From: Dictyostelium discoideum
Taxonomy: Eukaryota
NCBI GenBank assembly: GCA_000004695.1
Contig: CM000151.3
Coordinates: 800,001-864,000, forward strand
Length of the DNA: 64,000 bases
Reading direction: 5' to 3'
Shown in pieces: positions 41,401-52,713 of the stretch. The translations under genes and the position numbers were made by a program. Under the pieces are notes generated by a model. That model was not told the origin of the DNA and searched no databases. It saw only the letters and a program-made list of their open reading frames with translations. Numbering within the stretch: position 1 is the stretch's first letter; each line of letters opens with the position of its first letter.

Positions 41401-41528
41401 AACATGTAAAGATTAACAAATGAATTCAAAAATAATTTTTTTTTTTTTTTATTAATTTAATTTTTACAGTTTATTTGAATTATTTTTAGTATTTGTTATA
41501 TATTTTTTAATTTAAATAATTTTACATT

Positions 41529-41870
41529 TTAATGGCAACCACAGTTTGGACCACTTAATAAACCACCAACAACACCATTGACAGTTCCAACGACAGTACC
41601 AACAATAATACCAGTTCCTACAAGTACACCACCCACAAGATTACCAACAGTACCAATTAATGGACTACCACCACCACAGCCACCACATTGAATTGAATTT
41701 GATGATTGTAATGACGAGTTTGATAATGATGAAAAATTATTTGATTTTGAAATTGATTTAACATTACCAATTGATGAGATTGAAGCTATTTAATAATAAA
41801 ATAAAATAATTAATTTTTAATTATTTTGTGTATATTTTTTAGATTTTAAAGACATACCTAAGATTGTCAT
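41529..41870 (-). CDS. HssA/B-like copy H. Exon 1 is 41858..41870; exon 2 is 41529..41785.
   Basis: MTIL-G|GTATGT, acceptor aaatag, full-length 89-aa product ending ...GPNCGCH. Confidence 0.75.
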
Positions 41871-42010
41871 TTTTTTAATTTTGTTAATTGTAAATTTTAA
41901 TAGTTTGATTTAATGATTTTTTTAAAAAAAAAAAAACCTTTTATATCATAATTTTTAAATTTTTTTATTTGTTTTTAATTTATCTTACAAAAAAAAAAAA
42001 TAATAATAAA

Positions 42011-42208
42011 CTATCAATTAGGAAATTTATGTGTTAGTGGGGGTAAATATTGTGTTAATTAATCAACCGAATCTACCGAAGTTTTTATATGTATAAACTA
42101 TCGTGTTAGTACTTCATATAAACTTTTTTTTTAAATTTATATTGTTTCAGTTTAATTGTTCAAACACACAATTAACCTCACAATAACATATTATTTCCTA
42201 ATAGATAG
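42011..42208. repeat. Hairpin IR element, copy 4 (axis of hssl pair H/I).
   Basis: Same arms as copy 1. Confidence 0.7.
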
Positions 42209-42562
42209 TATATTTTTATTATTATTTTTTTTTTAAAAAAAGTTTTGTTTTTTCTTCTCACACATATCATATAAAAAATAATAATAATAATTTTTTTTTT
42301 TTTTTTGTGTGGTTTAATTTAATATATCGATTATACAAGAAAATCGTTTTTTGAAAATGAGATTTTTTGTGATTTAAACAGTTAAATATCTGAAAAAAAG
42401 AATTTAATTATAATAATTGATTATTTGTTTTTTTTTTTAAAATTAATTATATTATTTAATTTTTTTTTTTTATTCAAAATAAAAGTATAAATTCTAAATT
42501 TATTTTCAATCATTATTTCATTAAATCAAACAATCAAATAAACTTAAAAATAAATTAATAAA

Positions 42563-42912
42563 ATGACACTCTTAGGTAAATAATTATAATTAATTATAGT
42601 TTATTAAAAAAGTAATTTTATTAATTATTTTATTTTATAATATTAAAAAACTTAGCTTCAATCTCATCAATTGGTAATGTTAAATCAATTTCAAAATCAA
42701 ATAATTTTTCATCATTATCAAACTCATCATTACAATCATCAAATTCAATTCAATGTGGTGGCTGCGGTGGTGGTAGTCCATTAATTGGTACTGTTGGTAA
42801 TCTCGTCGGTGGAGTACTTGTTGGAACTGGTATTATTGTTGGTACTGTTGTTGGAACTGTCAATGGAGTTGTTGGAGGTTTATTAAGTGGTCCAAACTGT
42901 GGATGTCATTAA
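42563..42912 (+). CDS. HssA/B-like copy I. Exons 42563..42575 and 42656..42912.
   Basis: MTLL-G|GTAAAT, acceptor aaaaaacttag, 89-aa product. The minus ORF implied in the track is antisense. Confidence 0.75.
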
Positions 42913-43066
42913 AATAAATGTTTTTTTATAATAAATAGCTTTGTACAAATAAAAATGAAATTCAAAAAGATTTAATACATTTCTTTTTTTTTTATTATTT
43001 ATTTTTTTATTTTTTATTTTTACAATATTTATTTTTAAATTAGAAAAAATGATTAATTATTTATTA

Positions 43067-44242
43067 TTATGCCTCTTTATTTTTTTGAGAATTTGAATTC
43101 ATAGCTGGTGAGGAGGGACAATCCTCTCTTTTTGATTCATTTGTTGAATATTGAGAGTGATGAGAATAATGAGTTACTGGTTTACTATAATCTGGATATT
43201 TCAAAAGAGAATTTGAAATGAAATTAGTGGCATCTCTTAAAGTTGGTGGAATTGTGGCAACGAAATGAGATATACAATAAATTAAAGGTGGGAATGAAAT
43301 TATTGCATCATTTCTACTAATGCCATCGACAATGTATTTTGAAGCTTTGTCAGTTGTTATAGGTAGTAACATAGGTATATCCTTATAATCCAAAGAATCA
43401 ACTAATGGAGTATAAATAAAACCTGGTGTTATTACTGAAACGCCAACGCCTCTTGATGCTAAACCATTTCTAAGTATTAACCCAAATGATTTTATGTAAC
43501 CTTTACTTGATGAATATCCTGCCATTACATAATCAAAATATGGTGTAATACTTGACATCAAAACCAATTGACCAGATCCTCTTGATTCAAAGATTGGTAC
43601 CATTGGTAAAACTGTATTCAATGTTCCAATTACCTATAATAATTTATTAATTAGTTTTAAAAGAATATCGTTACTTTATATTCAAATTATTTAAGATATT
43701 ACATTTGTGTTTGCAACTGTTAATATTCTTTCAGTAAAATCTAATTCTTTTGGTAAAATTGCTATGAAAATTATTTTTTTTAAATAATTAATACAAGTAA
43801 ACCTTTTTTTTTTTTTTAAAAAAAATTATGTATACTGACTTTCAATAGTTCCAGCATTTGCAATTAAAATATCAATTTTATATTTATTGTCAAATTTAAT
43901 TAACCAATCATTTAATTTTTCTTTGTCAGTGACATCGATTGATTCAATTTCTACTTGAACACCAAGACCCAAACATTCTTTTTGAATTTCTTCTAATTTT
44001 TCAATGTTTCTTCCAGTTAAACCTAAAACCAAAGAGTTATTTTTTTTTCTTTTTGCATATTCAAGTGCTATTCCTCTACCAATACCAGATGATGCACCCG
44101 TGATAACTATTGCTTTTGGTGTTGGGAAATTTGTTTTCTTTTTTTTATAATTTAAAAAACCTAATATAGGATAAAATATTAATAGAATTATTGAACCAAT
44201 TATATTGGTCAACAATAATGATATATCAGTTAAGACTCCCAT
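43067..44242 (-). CDS. Membrane-anchored SDR, copy 2 (paralog of 37872..39063). Exons 43840..44242, 43703..43761, 43067..43633.
   Basis: Nearly identical to copy 1. It has the same TM N-terminus, TGASSGIGRG, the GTCAGT donor (43834-43839), the middle 59-nt exon (ILPKELDFTERILTVANTN), and YSSSKGYIKSFG in exon 3. Confidence 0.8.
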
Positions 44243-44655
44243 TCTTATTATTTTTTATTTTTTTTGAAATGAAAAAAAAAAAAAATTATTAAATGGCAAA
44301 AACTCAATCAAAAAAAAAAAAAATAAATAAATAAAAAAAATAAAAATAAAATAAAATAAATCTGATTCCAAAGATATTTTTAGATTTTTTTTATTTTTTT
44401 TTTTTTATTTTTCCCAAATAAGAATTTAATTAAATAAAAATTGAATAATTAAATAAACCAAAATTAAAAAATAAAATATAAAAAACAAATTACTTTAATT
44501 AGAAATTAATTTATAAAAAAAAAGAAAAAAGAAAATTGTGAAATAAATTTTTTAAAATTATGGAGCATATAAAAAGAACAAATTTTTTTTTTATTATTTC
44601 CAATATTATTATTTATATTTTAAAAAATAAACAAATAAACAAATAAAAAAAAAAA

Positions 44656-45699
44656 ATGTTTAAACAAATAATTATATTTATAGCTTTAATACTTTTTATT
44701 TTTAATCAATTGGATATAGTATCAAGTTGTAGATGTGATTCAGATTGTGAAGATTGTAACGAATGTACATTAGATACCTGCTCCCGTGGATGTTGTTCAA
44801 ATATTGAAATAGATTGTGCTGATGATAATCCATGTACCAAAGATTCATGTTCCAAAGAGACTGGTTGTATTCATGAAGATATTAATTGTGATGATGGTGA
44901 TGCTTGTACAACTGATTCATGTTCTCAATTATCTGGTTGTTGTAATTTACCAATCTCTTGTGATGCTTGTACAACCGATTCTTGTTTAAATTCCACTGGT
45001 TGTTGTAGTTTACCAATCTCTTGTGATGATGGTGATGCTTGTACAACTGATTCATGTTCAAAGAAAACTGGTTGCAGTAATGTTCCAATTGCATGTGATG
45101 ATGGCAATGCTTGTACCAATGATGGTTGTTCAAAGGAAACTGGTTGCACTCATTCTAATATCGATTGTGATGATGGTGATGCTTGTACAACTGATTCATG
45201 TTCAAAGAAAACTGGTTGCTGTAATGTTCCAATTGCTTGTGACGATGGTAATGCTTGTACCACTGATGGCTGTTCCAAGGAAACTGGTTGCACACATTCT
45301 AATATCGACTGTGATGATGGTGATGCTTGCACTACTGATTCATGTTCTAAAAAGACTGGTTGCAGTAATATACCAATGTCTTGTAATGATAATGATGCTT
45401 GCACAACCGATTCATGTTCAAACTCTACTGGTTGTTGTAATTCCCCGATTTCATGCGATGATGATCATGCTTGTACCACCGATAGTTGTTCTAAAGAAAC
45501 TGGTTGTTGCAATTCCCCAATCTCTTGTGATGATGGTGATTTGTGTACCACCGACAGTTGTTCTAAAGAAACTGGTTGTTGCCATACTCCAGTTTCATGC
45601 GATGATGGAGAAGATTGTACAACTGACACTTGTTCATCAAAATTAGGATGTGTTCATACCTATATCACTATTTCTCAACCAAAACCTGTTGATTGTTGA
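44656..45699 (+). CDS. Secreted Cys-rich protein built of ~13 tandem 24-aa Dictyostelium CTDC-type repeats. 347 aa.
   Basis: Signal peptide MFKQIIIFIALILFIFNQLDIVSS. The repeat unit is C(D/N)DG(D/N)ACTTDSCSK(K/E)TGC(C/S)N(V/I)PI(A/S). It is the 24-residue Cys repeat of EcmA/EcmB-type extracellular matrix proteins (Pfam Dicty_CTDC). The overlapping ORFs 44882..45133, 44925..45149, 45023..45646 and 45150..45404 are repeat-frame artefacts. Confidence 0.7.
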   Translation: MFKQIIIFIALILFIFNQLDIVSSCRCDSDCEDCNECTLDTCSRGCCSNIEIDCADDNPCTKDSCSKETGCIHEDINCDDGDACTTDSCSQLSGCCNLPISCDACTTDSCLNSTGCCSLPISCDDGDACTTDSCSKKTGCSNVPIACDDGNACTNDGCSKETGCTHSNIDCDDGDACTTDSCSKKTGCCNVPIACDDGNACTTDGCSKETGCTHSNIDCDDGDACTTDSCSKKTGCSNIPMSCNDNDACTTDSCSNSTGCCNSPISCDDDHACTTDSCSKETGCCNSPISCDDGDLCTTDSCSKETGCCHTPVSCDDGEDCTTDTCSSKLGCVHTYITISQPKPVDC

Positions 45700-45884
45700 C
45701 ACTAACTTTAAAAAATAAAAATATTCAGAAAAAAAAAAAAAAATAAAAAAAAAAATAAAAAAAGCTAAAAATAAAAAAATCTCGAAAAATTAGGTTTTAA
45801 AAAATGAAAAGTTTTTTTTTAAATATTTATTTTTTTTTTTTCCACAATTACCACCATTCTATAGATAAAATTAATAATTTATAA

Positions 45885-48800
45885 ATGATTTTTAAATTAT
45901 TAATTTTATTAATTTTTATAAAAATTACCTTTATAAATACATTAATAACAAAAAGTTATTACGTTAATAAATCAGGTAGTGATTTCAGTGGTAATGGTAC
46001 AATTGATAATCCATTCAAAAGTTTATGCAACCCTTTATTATCAATAATAAATGAAATTAAAGATCCTTATACAAATGTTAACGTTTTTATTGGGAATGGA
46101 TATTATTACAACTTAAATTGTACTAAGAAATTTAATAATAATAATATAAATATAATATCATTTTCACCTTATAAAGAGAACTATAATCAAAGTGATATAA
46201 CTATATCAAATTTTAATTTTCAAGTGATAAATAGTATTGTTCAATTTATCAGATTGAAATTAATATATGATATAGAAAACAATGGTTTAGAAAAGATAAA
46301 GATAAATGATAATGCACAATTGATAATATCAGGTTGTGAAGTCACACTGGAAAATCAATTAAAAAGCTCCTATTTCATTCATTCTAATAGATCTCACATT
46401 GGCATAATAAATTCAAATATAAAATCCTCTTCAAAGATTATGTACATTGAGGAAGATAGTAGTGGACAAATTAGGAATTGTATATTCAAAGATATAATAT
46501 CAAATCAACAATCAATTGTAGTAATAGATAGTTACTTAAATACAGAAGATGTAATTTTTGAAAACATTTACTCGATTGGAACTAGTTTTTTAACTTCAAA
46601 TTCTAGCACCGTAACATTTAATAATTGTAGTTTTTCAAATTTAATTATCGATGGTTTTCACCCATTTTCAACAACTTCAGATTCATTAATTAATTTTAGT
46701 GGATTTACAATCAAAAATTCATTTTTTCAAAGAGGATTTCTAAGAATTAAAAATTCAAATACATCAATTGAGAATGGAGTTTTTTTAAATAATAAAGCGT
46801 ATGGGTTTAATTTAGAAACAGATTCTTTGATTATTATAGAGGATAGTGATGTCGTTGATATATTTGATTGTAGTTTTAAAGGTAATTCAATTTCTTCTTT
46901 TTTCTTTTTTAATAATTCAAAAGTAATGATTCAATCATCAACATTTATAGATAATATTAGTACTTTTTTAGTTTCAAATAATAGTTTTGTCTTTGTTGTT
47001 GATGTTGAATTTTCAAATTGTAAATCTTCACTTTCAAAGTTTTTATTCTCCTTATATCAATCAAACTCACTTTTAGATAGAATTTCAATATTTTCAAATT
47101 CATTTATGGGTTCAGTTGTTCAGTGTATTGAATGTTCTCTAACTTTTGAAAAATTAAAATTTCAAGATAATGAATTTTTTAAAAATCCATTATATTTTAA
47201 TGATGATGATGATGATATTAGTGATTATAATGATAATGATTTTCCAAGTGCTGCAATCAATATTAAAGATGGTCATTTAAATATAGTAAATTCAACTTTT
47301 CAATCAAATATTCATTGGTCAAATAATTTAATTAGAATAAAAGAAAAAAGTGATATTAATTTTACAAATACATTATTTATTAATAATGAAATAAAAAAAG
47401 AAAATTTTAATTTAATTTCAATTGATTACTCAATATTAAGATTTAAATCTATAAATTTTAAAAACACAAAAACGATTAGTGGTGCAATTGGTATTTTTAA
47501 TAATTCTTTATTTGGTTCAACTAATTCAAATTATTCTAATAATTATTGCTCACAGAGTGGCTCTATTTTTTATTTTAATAATAATTCAAATTTTATCAAC
47601 TCTACTACAAATGCAAATGATGATGATGATGATGAATTAACAAATAATACATTCACTAATAATCATGCTATAATATCTGGTGGTGTATTATTCTCAATGG
47701 ATTCAATAGTTTTAGATATTCAAGATGATAAATTCAATAACACATTTTCAAACAATAGTGCGTTTTTTGGAAATATATATGCATCAAATCCAACATCAAT
47801 TAGAGTAGAATTACCATCAACCACTAATTTAAGATTAGAATCAACTATTAAATTATATGACCAATATGAAAATTTAATTATACGAAATGTTTATGATATT
47901 CAAGTTATAGTTACTATGATTAATAATAATAATGGTTCATCAACATCTATTATTAAAACATTTAATACAGCAATTAAAAATGGTTTTGGTTTATTTGATT
48001 TTTCATTTAAAACAATTGATAAAAATGGTGAATCAATTTATATCTATAGTAACTATTATAATTTTACAATTTATACCAATATATCATTACCAAATATTCC
48101 AAATTATAATGGCACTTTTATATTAGATTCTTCAAACCTCTGCCCTCTTCAATATCAATATTACGATAATGGTGAATGTAAATTTTGTCCAGTAGGTACT
48201 ACCCTCTCAAGTTTATTATATGCAAGTGGTAAAGCATCATGTGTAAATTGTTTTTCAAATACTGTTTGTTTAGGATCAATGGTTTATACTTTTGATAATT
48301 ATTACTTATTAATTGATAATAAAACAGCGATTGGTACATATCAATGTCCGGTGGGAATGTGTGGAAATTATGGTTCATGCATTGCTACTCAAAATACAGG
48401 TTTATTATGTTTAGAATGTGTTGATGGAAACAGTAAAAATGGATTCTATTGTTGTTCTTCAAGTTCTCCATGGTTAATTATAGTTTACATTATTTTTATT
48501 ATTTTATTTGGTTTATCATTTTCGTTAATTAAATATTGTGATAGATTATCAATTTCAATTTTTAAATCAACAATTGTATTCTTTCAAATTAATTCAATGA
48601 TTTTCTATGCATATCCAGGTTTATACTTTATTCAATTGTTTAGATTCTCAATTGATTTCATTTCGAACATTTGTATTTTCAATAAATTTAATTACATTTA
48701 TAAATCAATGCTTACATTAATATCAATTATAATTGTTATTGGATTATCACAAACTCATATTTCATTAACAATTTTAATTAAATTAAATTTATTCCCTAAA

Positions 48801-49460
48801 TGGACTAAAAAATTATTATTAAAATCCAAAAAATTAACAAATAATTATAATAATAATAATAATTTTAATTCAATATATAATTTATATTTAATTTTATTTC
48901 AACCAATTATTTATAATTTAATATCAATATTATCAGTGAAAAATATAAATGGTAAAAAGTTTTTATCAATTGATCCATCAACATCATTTTTAGAAAATAG
49001 TCATTTTAAAGTAGTAATTTCATTTATTATTATAATTTCAATTTTATTATTATTATCAATACCAGTTATTTTAATAATTTCAAATTTTAAAAAAATTAAT
49101 TTTTTAATTATTAAAAATTATTATTATAAAAAATCTTTTAAATATTGGGATTTACTTTGGTTATTAATTAATACTTTAATTTGTATTTTCAGTATTACTC
49201 TATTATATTCACCAAATCACCAAATTATAGTAATTTTTACAATAGTTTCAATTTTTTCTTTTTTAAATTATTATTTTGAACCTCAAAGAAATCCAAAAAT
49301 TTATCAATTTGAAAATTTTATCAATTTATTACGAATCATTATTATATCTATTGTTGGATCTTTTGTTTTTCAATCAATTCCTTTAAAATTTAATGGTTTA
49401 TTAATAACAATTTTATCATTTTCTATAATATTTTATATAATAAAAATAAAAATAATTTAA
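45885..49460 (+). CDS. Large membrane protein. It has a signal peptide, an ~800-aa N/S-rich parallel beta-helix-like repeat ectodomain, a Cys-rich module, and a C-terminal ~9-TM polytopic domain. 1191 aa.
   Basis: Signal/anchor MIFKLLILLIFIKITFINTLI. There are repeated NxS/T-rich ~22-aa segments with an (I/V)xNxxF periodicity typical of right-handed beta-helix (PbH1/Pmp-like) repeats. The Cys cluster is CPLQYQYYDNGECKFCPVGTT...CVNCFSNTVC...CPVGMCGNYGSCIATQNTGLLCLECVDG. It is followed by about nine hydrophobic helices to the C-terminus. Confidence 0.55.
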   Translation: MIFKLLILLIFIKITFINTLITKSYYVNKSGSDFSGNGTIDNPFKSLCNPLLSIINEIKDPYTNVNVFIGNGYYYNLNCTKKFNNNNINIISFSPYKENYNQSDITISNFNFQVINSIVQFIRLKLIYDIENNGLEKIKINDNAQLIISGCEVTLENQLKSSYFIHSNRSHIGIINSNIKSSSKIMYIEEDSSGQIRNCIFKDIISNQQSIVVIDSYLNTEDVIFENIYSIGTSFLTSNSSTVTFNNCSFSNLIIDGFHPFSTTSDSLINFSGFTIKNSFFQRGFLRIKNSNTSIENGVFLNNKAYGFNLETDSLIIIEDSDVVDIFDCSFKGNSISSFFFFNNSKVMIQSSTFIDNISTFLVSNNSFVFVVDVEFSNCKSSLSKFLFSLYQSNSLLDRISIFSNSFMGSVVQCIECSLTFEKLKFQDNEFFKNPLYFNDDDDDISDYNDNDFPSAAINIKDGHLNIVNSTFQSNIHWSNNLIRIKEKSDINFTNTLFINNEIKKENFNLISIDYSILRFKSINFKNTKTISGAIGIFNNSLFGSTNSNYSNNYCSQSGSIFYFNNNSNFINSTTNANDDDDDELTNNTFTNNHAIISGGVLFSMDSIVLDIQDDKFNNTFSNNSAFFGNIYASNPTSIRVELPSTTNLRLESTIKLYDQYENLIIRNVYDIQVIVTMINNNNGSSTSIIKTFNTAIKNGFGLFDFSFKTIDKNGESIYIYSNYYNFTIYTNISLPNIPNYNGTFILDSSNLCPLQYQYYDNGECKFCPVGTTLSSLLYASGKASCVNCFSNTVCLGSMVYTFDNYYLLIDNKTAIGTYQCPVGMCGNYGSCIATQNTGLLCLECVDGNSKNGFYCCSSSSPWLIIVYIIFIILFGLSFSLIKYCDRLSISIFKSTIVFFQINSMIFYAYPGLYFIQLFRFSIDFISNICIFNKFNYIYKSMLTLISIIIVIGLSQTHISLTILIKLNLFPKWTKKLLLKSKKLTNNYNNNNNFNSIYNLYLILFQPIIYNLISILSVKNINGKKFLSIDPSTSFLENSHFKVVISFIIIISILLLLSIPVILIISNFKKINFLIIKNYYYKKSFKYWDLLWLLINTLICIFSITLLYSPNHQIIVIFTIVSIFSFLNYYFEPQRNPKIYQFENFINLLRIIIISIVGSFVFQSIPLKFNGLLITILSFSIIFYIIKIKII

Positions 49461-49539
49461 TTAAAATCAATTTAATTAAAATTAATTTAATTATACATAT
49501 AATAAAATTTAATTTTTTTTTTTTTTTTTAAACAAAGAT

Positions 49540-50921
49540 TTAATTGTCAAGAAATATAATGAGTGCGAGGTAGGCTGGATTATAAAAAACCGTCACTTTC
49601 ATCTTTTATTGTATATACTTAAAAAAGATATTGAAAAAAGGGACCAATTCACAGAAAAATTATTTTATAAATTTTTAGAAGGTAATAGTGAATTAGATTT
49701 ACTTAAAGAAATGTTTTAACTATTCCCACAGTTTTTACCATCAACTCCAATGGCCGAAAATATTGTTCAAGTTTAAAACCAACTAAAAACCCATCATTCT
49801 TCTTTATTATCTTCAGAATTTTCTTCTTCTTTATTATCTTCTTCATCCGATACTTCATCTGATACTTCTTTTTCTTCACTCGATTCTTTTTCAAATGAAG
49901 AATTTACTGAAAAATCTTATGATTTTGCTTTTTAATCTCCATATGATTCATTTGTTAAATATTTTATAATATCTAAACTAGAATATAAAAGTAACAAATA
50001 GAGAATGCATGTTATGCTAATAATTGTAAAATTGTGGGATATTATCTTGGTTTAAATCAACTCGATAGATACTAAGGGAGTGAAATTAATATTTATAAAC
50101 ATTGTGATTTTATTGCTCATTGAGGGGTAAAGATTTTCAACTATTCAAATTTATTTTTGATAAAAATCCAAGACTAATTCGTGAATGTGTATCCTCTGAA
50201 CAATTTATAAAATTATTGGTAAGAACCGGTGATGTCCAATTCGTTATTTACTTTTGTAAAATTCAAGGACCTTCTTTTAAACCTCCACTATTACAACCAC
50301 ATATGATCGCAAAATCATCATTAAGCATAGTTATATTCCTATGCTCACTTTTAAGAGTAAAGGGCTCTGCCTATTATAAATCATTATTATATGCTATTGA
50401 TAAAAGGAAGAATAAAAGCGAGAGATTGCTACTTTTAAGAGTCCTTATTGAAGAATCTATGAAAAGGTTGATGATGGTTTAGTAGTGCAAGATGTAGTTT
50501 ACTCATTCTGCAGAATTGGTGATTTAGATTGCATAATATACCTCCGTGATATTTTCTCAACTACCACGAAAACATAGTTATAAGTTTATGGTTTCATGTT
50601 TCGCCTTGGATGTACCAATATCTTCAAAAAAAATTTCATGTAACTGATTGGATTTTAGAAAATACAAATGTATGTTGTTCAAATCTTGGTTTACAGTACC
50701 TTTGCATAAATATCACCAATCTTAAGCATATACTCGATAGAATATTAATAAAATTTGTACCCAAAGGTGTAATCTCAAGTAATATGCTTTTGAATGCAAT
50801 GCATTCAACAAATAAAATTGCTCATGATAAAGAAAACTTAGATTATCTAGCTTCTTTTTTACCAAATCATTTAATCCCTACTTTTCCAATTGAAACCTCA
50901 ATAGAGGATTTTGACAATTAA
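49540..50921 (+). pseudogene. Decayed 5'-truncated tandem duplicate of the gene at 51193..52713.
   Basis: Alignable to the downstream gene from codon ~28 (KDLIVKKYNECEVGWIIKNRHFHLLLY...) to the C-terminus (...PNHLIPTFPIETSIEDFDN). It is interrupted by multiple stops and frameshifts. Only fragmentary ORFs survive (50120..50482, 50610..50921). The 3' flank is also duplicated (50991..51090 matches 52831..52920). Confidence 0.75.
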
Positions 50922-51073
50922 TAGATTTTGACTATTAGTAATAATAAAAATAATAATAAAAATTAAAAACTAATAAAAAAATAATAAATTTAATTACTTT
51001 AAACGAAATAAAAAAGTTATTTATATATTTCCTATATGAAATGATACTAATAATATATTTGTTGTTTTTTTCT

Positions 51074-51108
<35 letters not shown>

Positions 51109-51192
51109 TCTTGCAACAATTTGTTTTTTTTTTTTTTCAAATTTATTTTTTATTTTTTTTTTTTCCTCAATCTTAAAAAAACAATCATCAAA

Positions 51193-52713
51193 ATGGATAA
51201 TTTATTTAGATTAGTATTTAAAAATGTAATTATTAGAAATCAAATATTTAGGTTTGTTAGAATTTTAAACAAAGATTTAATTGTGAAGAAATATAATCAG
51301 TGTAATATGGGCTGGATTATAAAAAATGGTCACTTTCATCTTTTATTGTATAAACTTAAAAAACATATTAAAAGGGACCAATTCTCAGAAGAATTATTTT
51401 ATAGATTTTTACAAGGTAATAGTGAATTACATTTACTTAAAGATATGTTTAAAATATTCCCACAGTTTTTACCGTCAACTCCAATTGCTGAAAATATATT
51501 AATTGAACATTGTTCAAGTTTAAAACCAACTAAAAACCTATCACCCTCTTCTTCTTCATATTCTCCAAACTTTTCTTCTACTTCAGTATCTTCTTCTTCA
51601 TCTGATTCTTCTTTTTCTTCAATTGATTCTTCTTCTTCTTCTTCTTCTTCTTCCAATCAAGAATTTTGTGAACAATCATATGATTATGATTCCTCTTCTC
51701 CATATGATTCTAGTTTAGATATTATAAAATATTTAACAAATGAATTAAATATAAAAGTAACAAATAAAGCAATAAATAATGCATGTGCAGCTAATAATTG
51801 TAAAATTGTGGGATATTATCTTGGTTTAAATCAACTCGATAGATACAAAGGGAATGAAATTGATATTTATGATAATTGTAATATTGGTACTTTATTTTGC
51901 TCATTGAGGGGTAAAGATTTTCAATTATTTAAATTTATTTTTGAAAATAATCCAAATTTAACTTCTCAATGTATAAGCTATGACAAATTTATAAAATTAA
52001 TGGTAGCAACAGGTGATATCCAATTCATTATTCACTTTGGTAGAGTTCAAGGACCTTCTTATAAACCTCCACAATTACAACCATATATGATCGCAAAATC
52101 ATCATTAAGTATAATTAAATACCTATGCTCATTTTTAAAAATAAATGACCCTATGTATTATAAATCATTATTATATGCTATTGAAAAAAGGAAAAATCAA
52201 AGCGAGAGATTCCTACTTTTAAAATTCCTTATTGAAGAGTTTAGAATCTATGAAAAGGTTGAAGGTAGTACAGTGGTGCAAGAAGTAGTTTACTCATTCT
52301 GCGGTATCGGTGATTTAGATTGCATAATATACCTCCGTGATTTTTACTTAACTCTACCACAAAATCATAGTTTTAAGTTTTTAATTCCACGTTCCGCCTT
52401 GGATGTATCAATATCTTCAAAAAATTTTCATGTAACTAATTGGATTTTAGAAAATACAAATGTATGTTGTTCAATTAATGGTTTAAGGTACCTTTGCAAA
52501 AATATGGCCAATCTTAAGCATATACTTGATAGAATATTAATAAAATTTGTGCCCATTCGTGCAATCTCAAGTAAAATGCTTTTGGATGCAATGCATTCAA
52601 CAAATAGAATTGCTCATGATAAAGAAAATTTTGATTATCTAGCTTCTTTTTTACCAAATCATTTAATCCCTACTTTTCCAATTGAAACCTCAATAGAGGA
52701 TTATGACTATTAA
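51193..52713 (+). CDS. Dictyostelium-specific protein of unknown function, with a Ser-rich low-complexity segment. The intact member of a tandem pair, ~506 aa.
   Basis: Continuous ORF from ATGGATAATTTATTTAGA (MDNLFRLVFKNVIIRNQIFRFVRILNKDLIVKKYNQCNMGWIIKNGHFHLLLYKLKK...). I recognised no domain. The ORF-track start at 51106 lies in poly-T and is rejected. Confidence 0.55.
   Translation: MDNLFRLVFKNVIIRNQIFRFVRILNKDLIVKKYNQCNMGWIIKNGHFHLLLYKLKKHIKRDQFSEELFYRFLQGNSELHLLKDMFKIFPQFLPSTPIAENILIEHCSSLKPTKNLSPSSSSYSPNFSSTSVSSSSSDSSFSSIDSSSSSSSSSNQEFCEQSYDYDSSSPYDSSLDIIKYLTNELNIKVTNKAINNACAANNCKIVGYYLGLNQLDRYKGNEIDIYDNCNIGTLFCSLRGKDFQLFKFIFENNPNLTSQCISYDKFIKLMVATGDIQFIIHFGRVQGPSYKPPQLQPYMIAKSSLSIIKYLCSFLKINDPMYYKSLLYAIEKRKNQSERFLLLKFLIEEFRIYEKVEGSTVVQEVVYSFCGIGDLDCIIYLRDFYLTLPQNHSFKFLIPRSALDVSISSKNFHVTNWILENTNVCCSINGLRYLCKNMANLKHILDRILIKFVPIRAISSKMLLDAMHSTNRIAHDKENFDYLASFLPNHLIPTFPIETSIEDYDY

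Noticed and set aside
45023-45646. 207-aa M/V/L-rich ORF and three minus-strand ORFs inside the CTDC-repeat gene
   Set aside because: These are alternative-frame artefacts of a 72-nt tandem coding repeat. Only the Cys-repeat frame has a signal peptide and a known repeat family.
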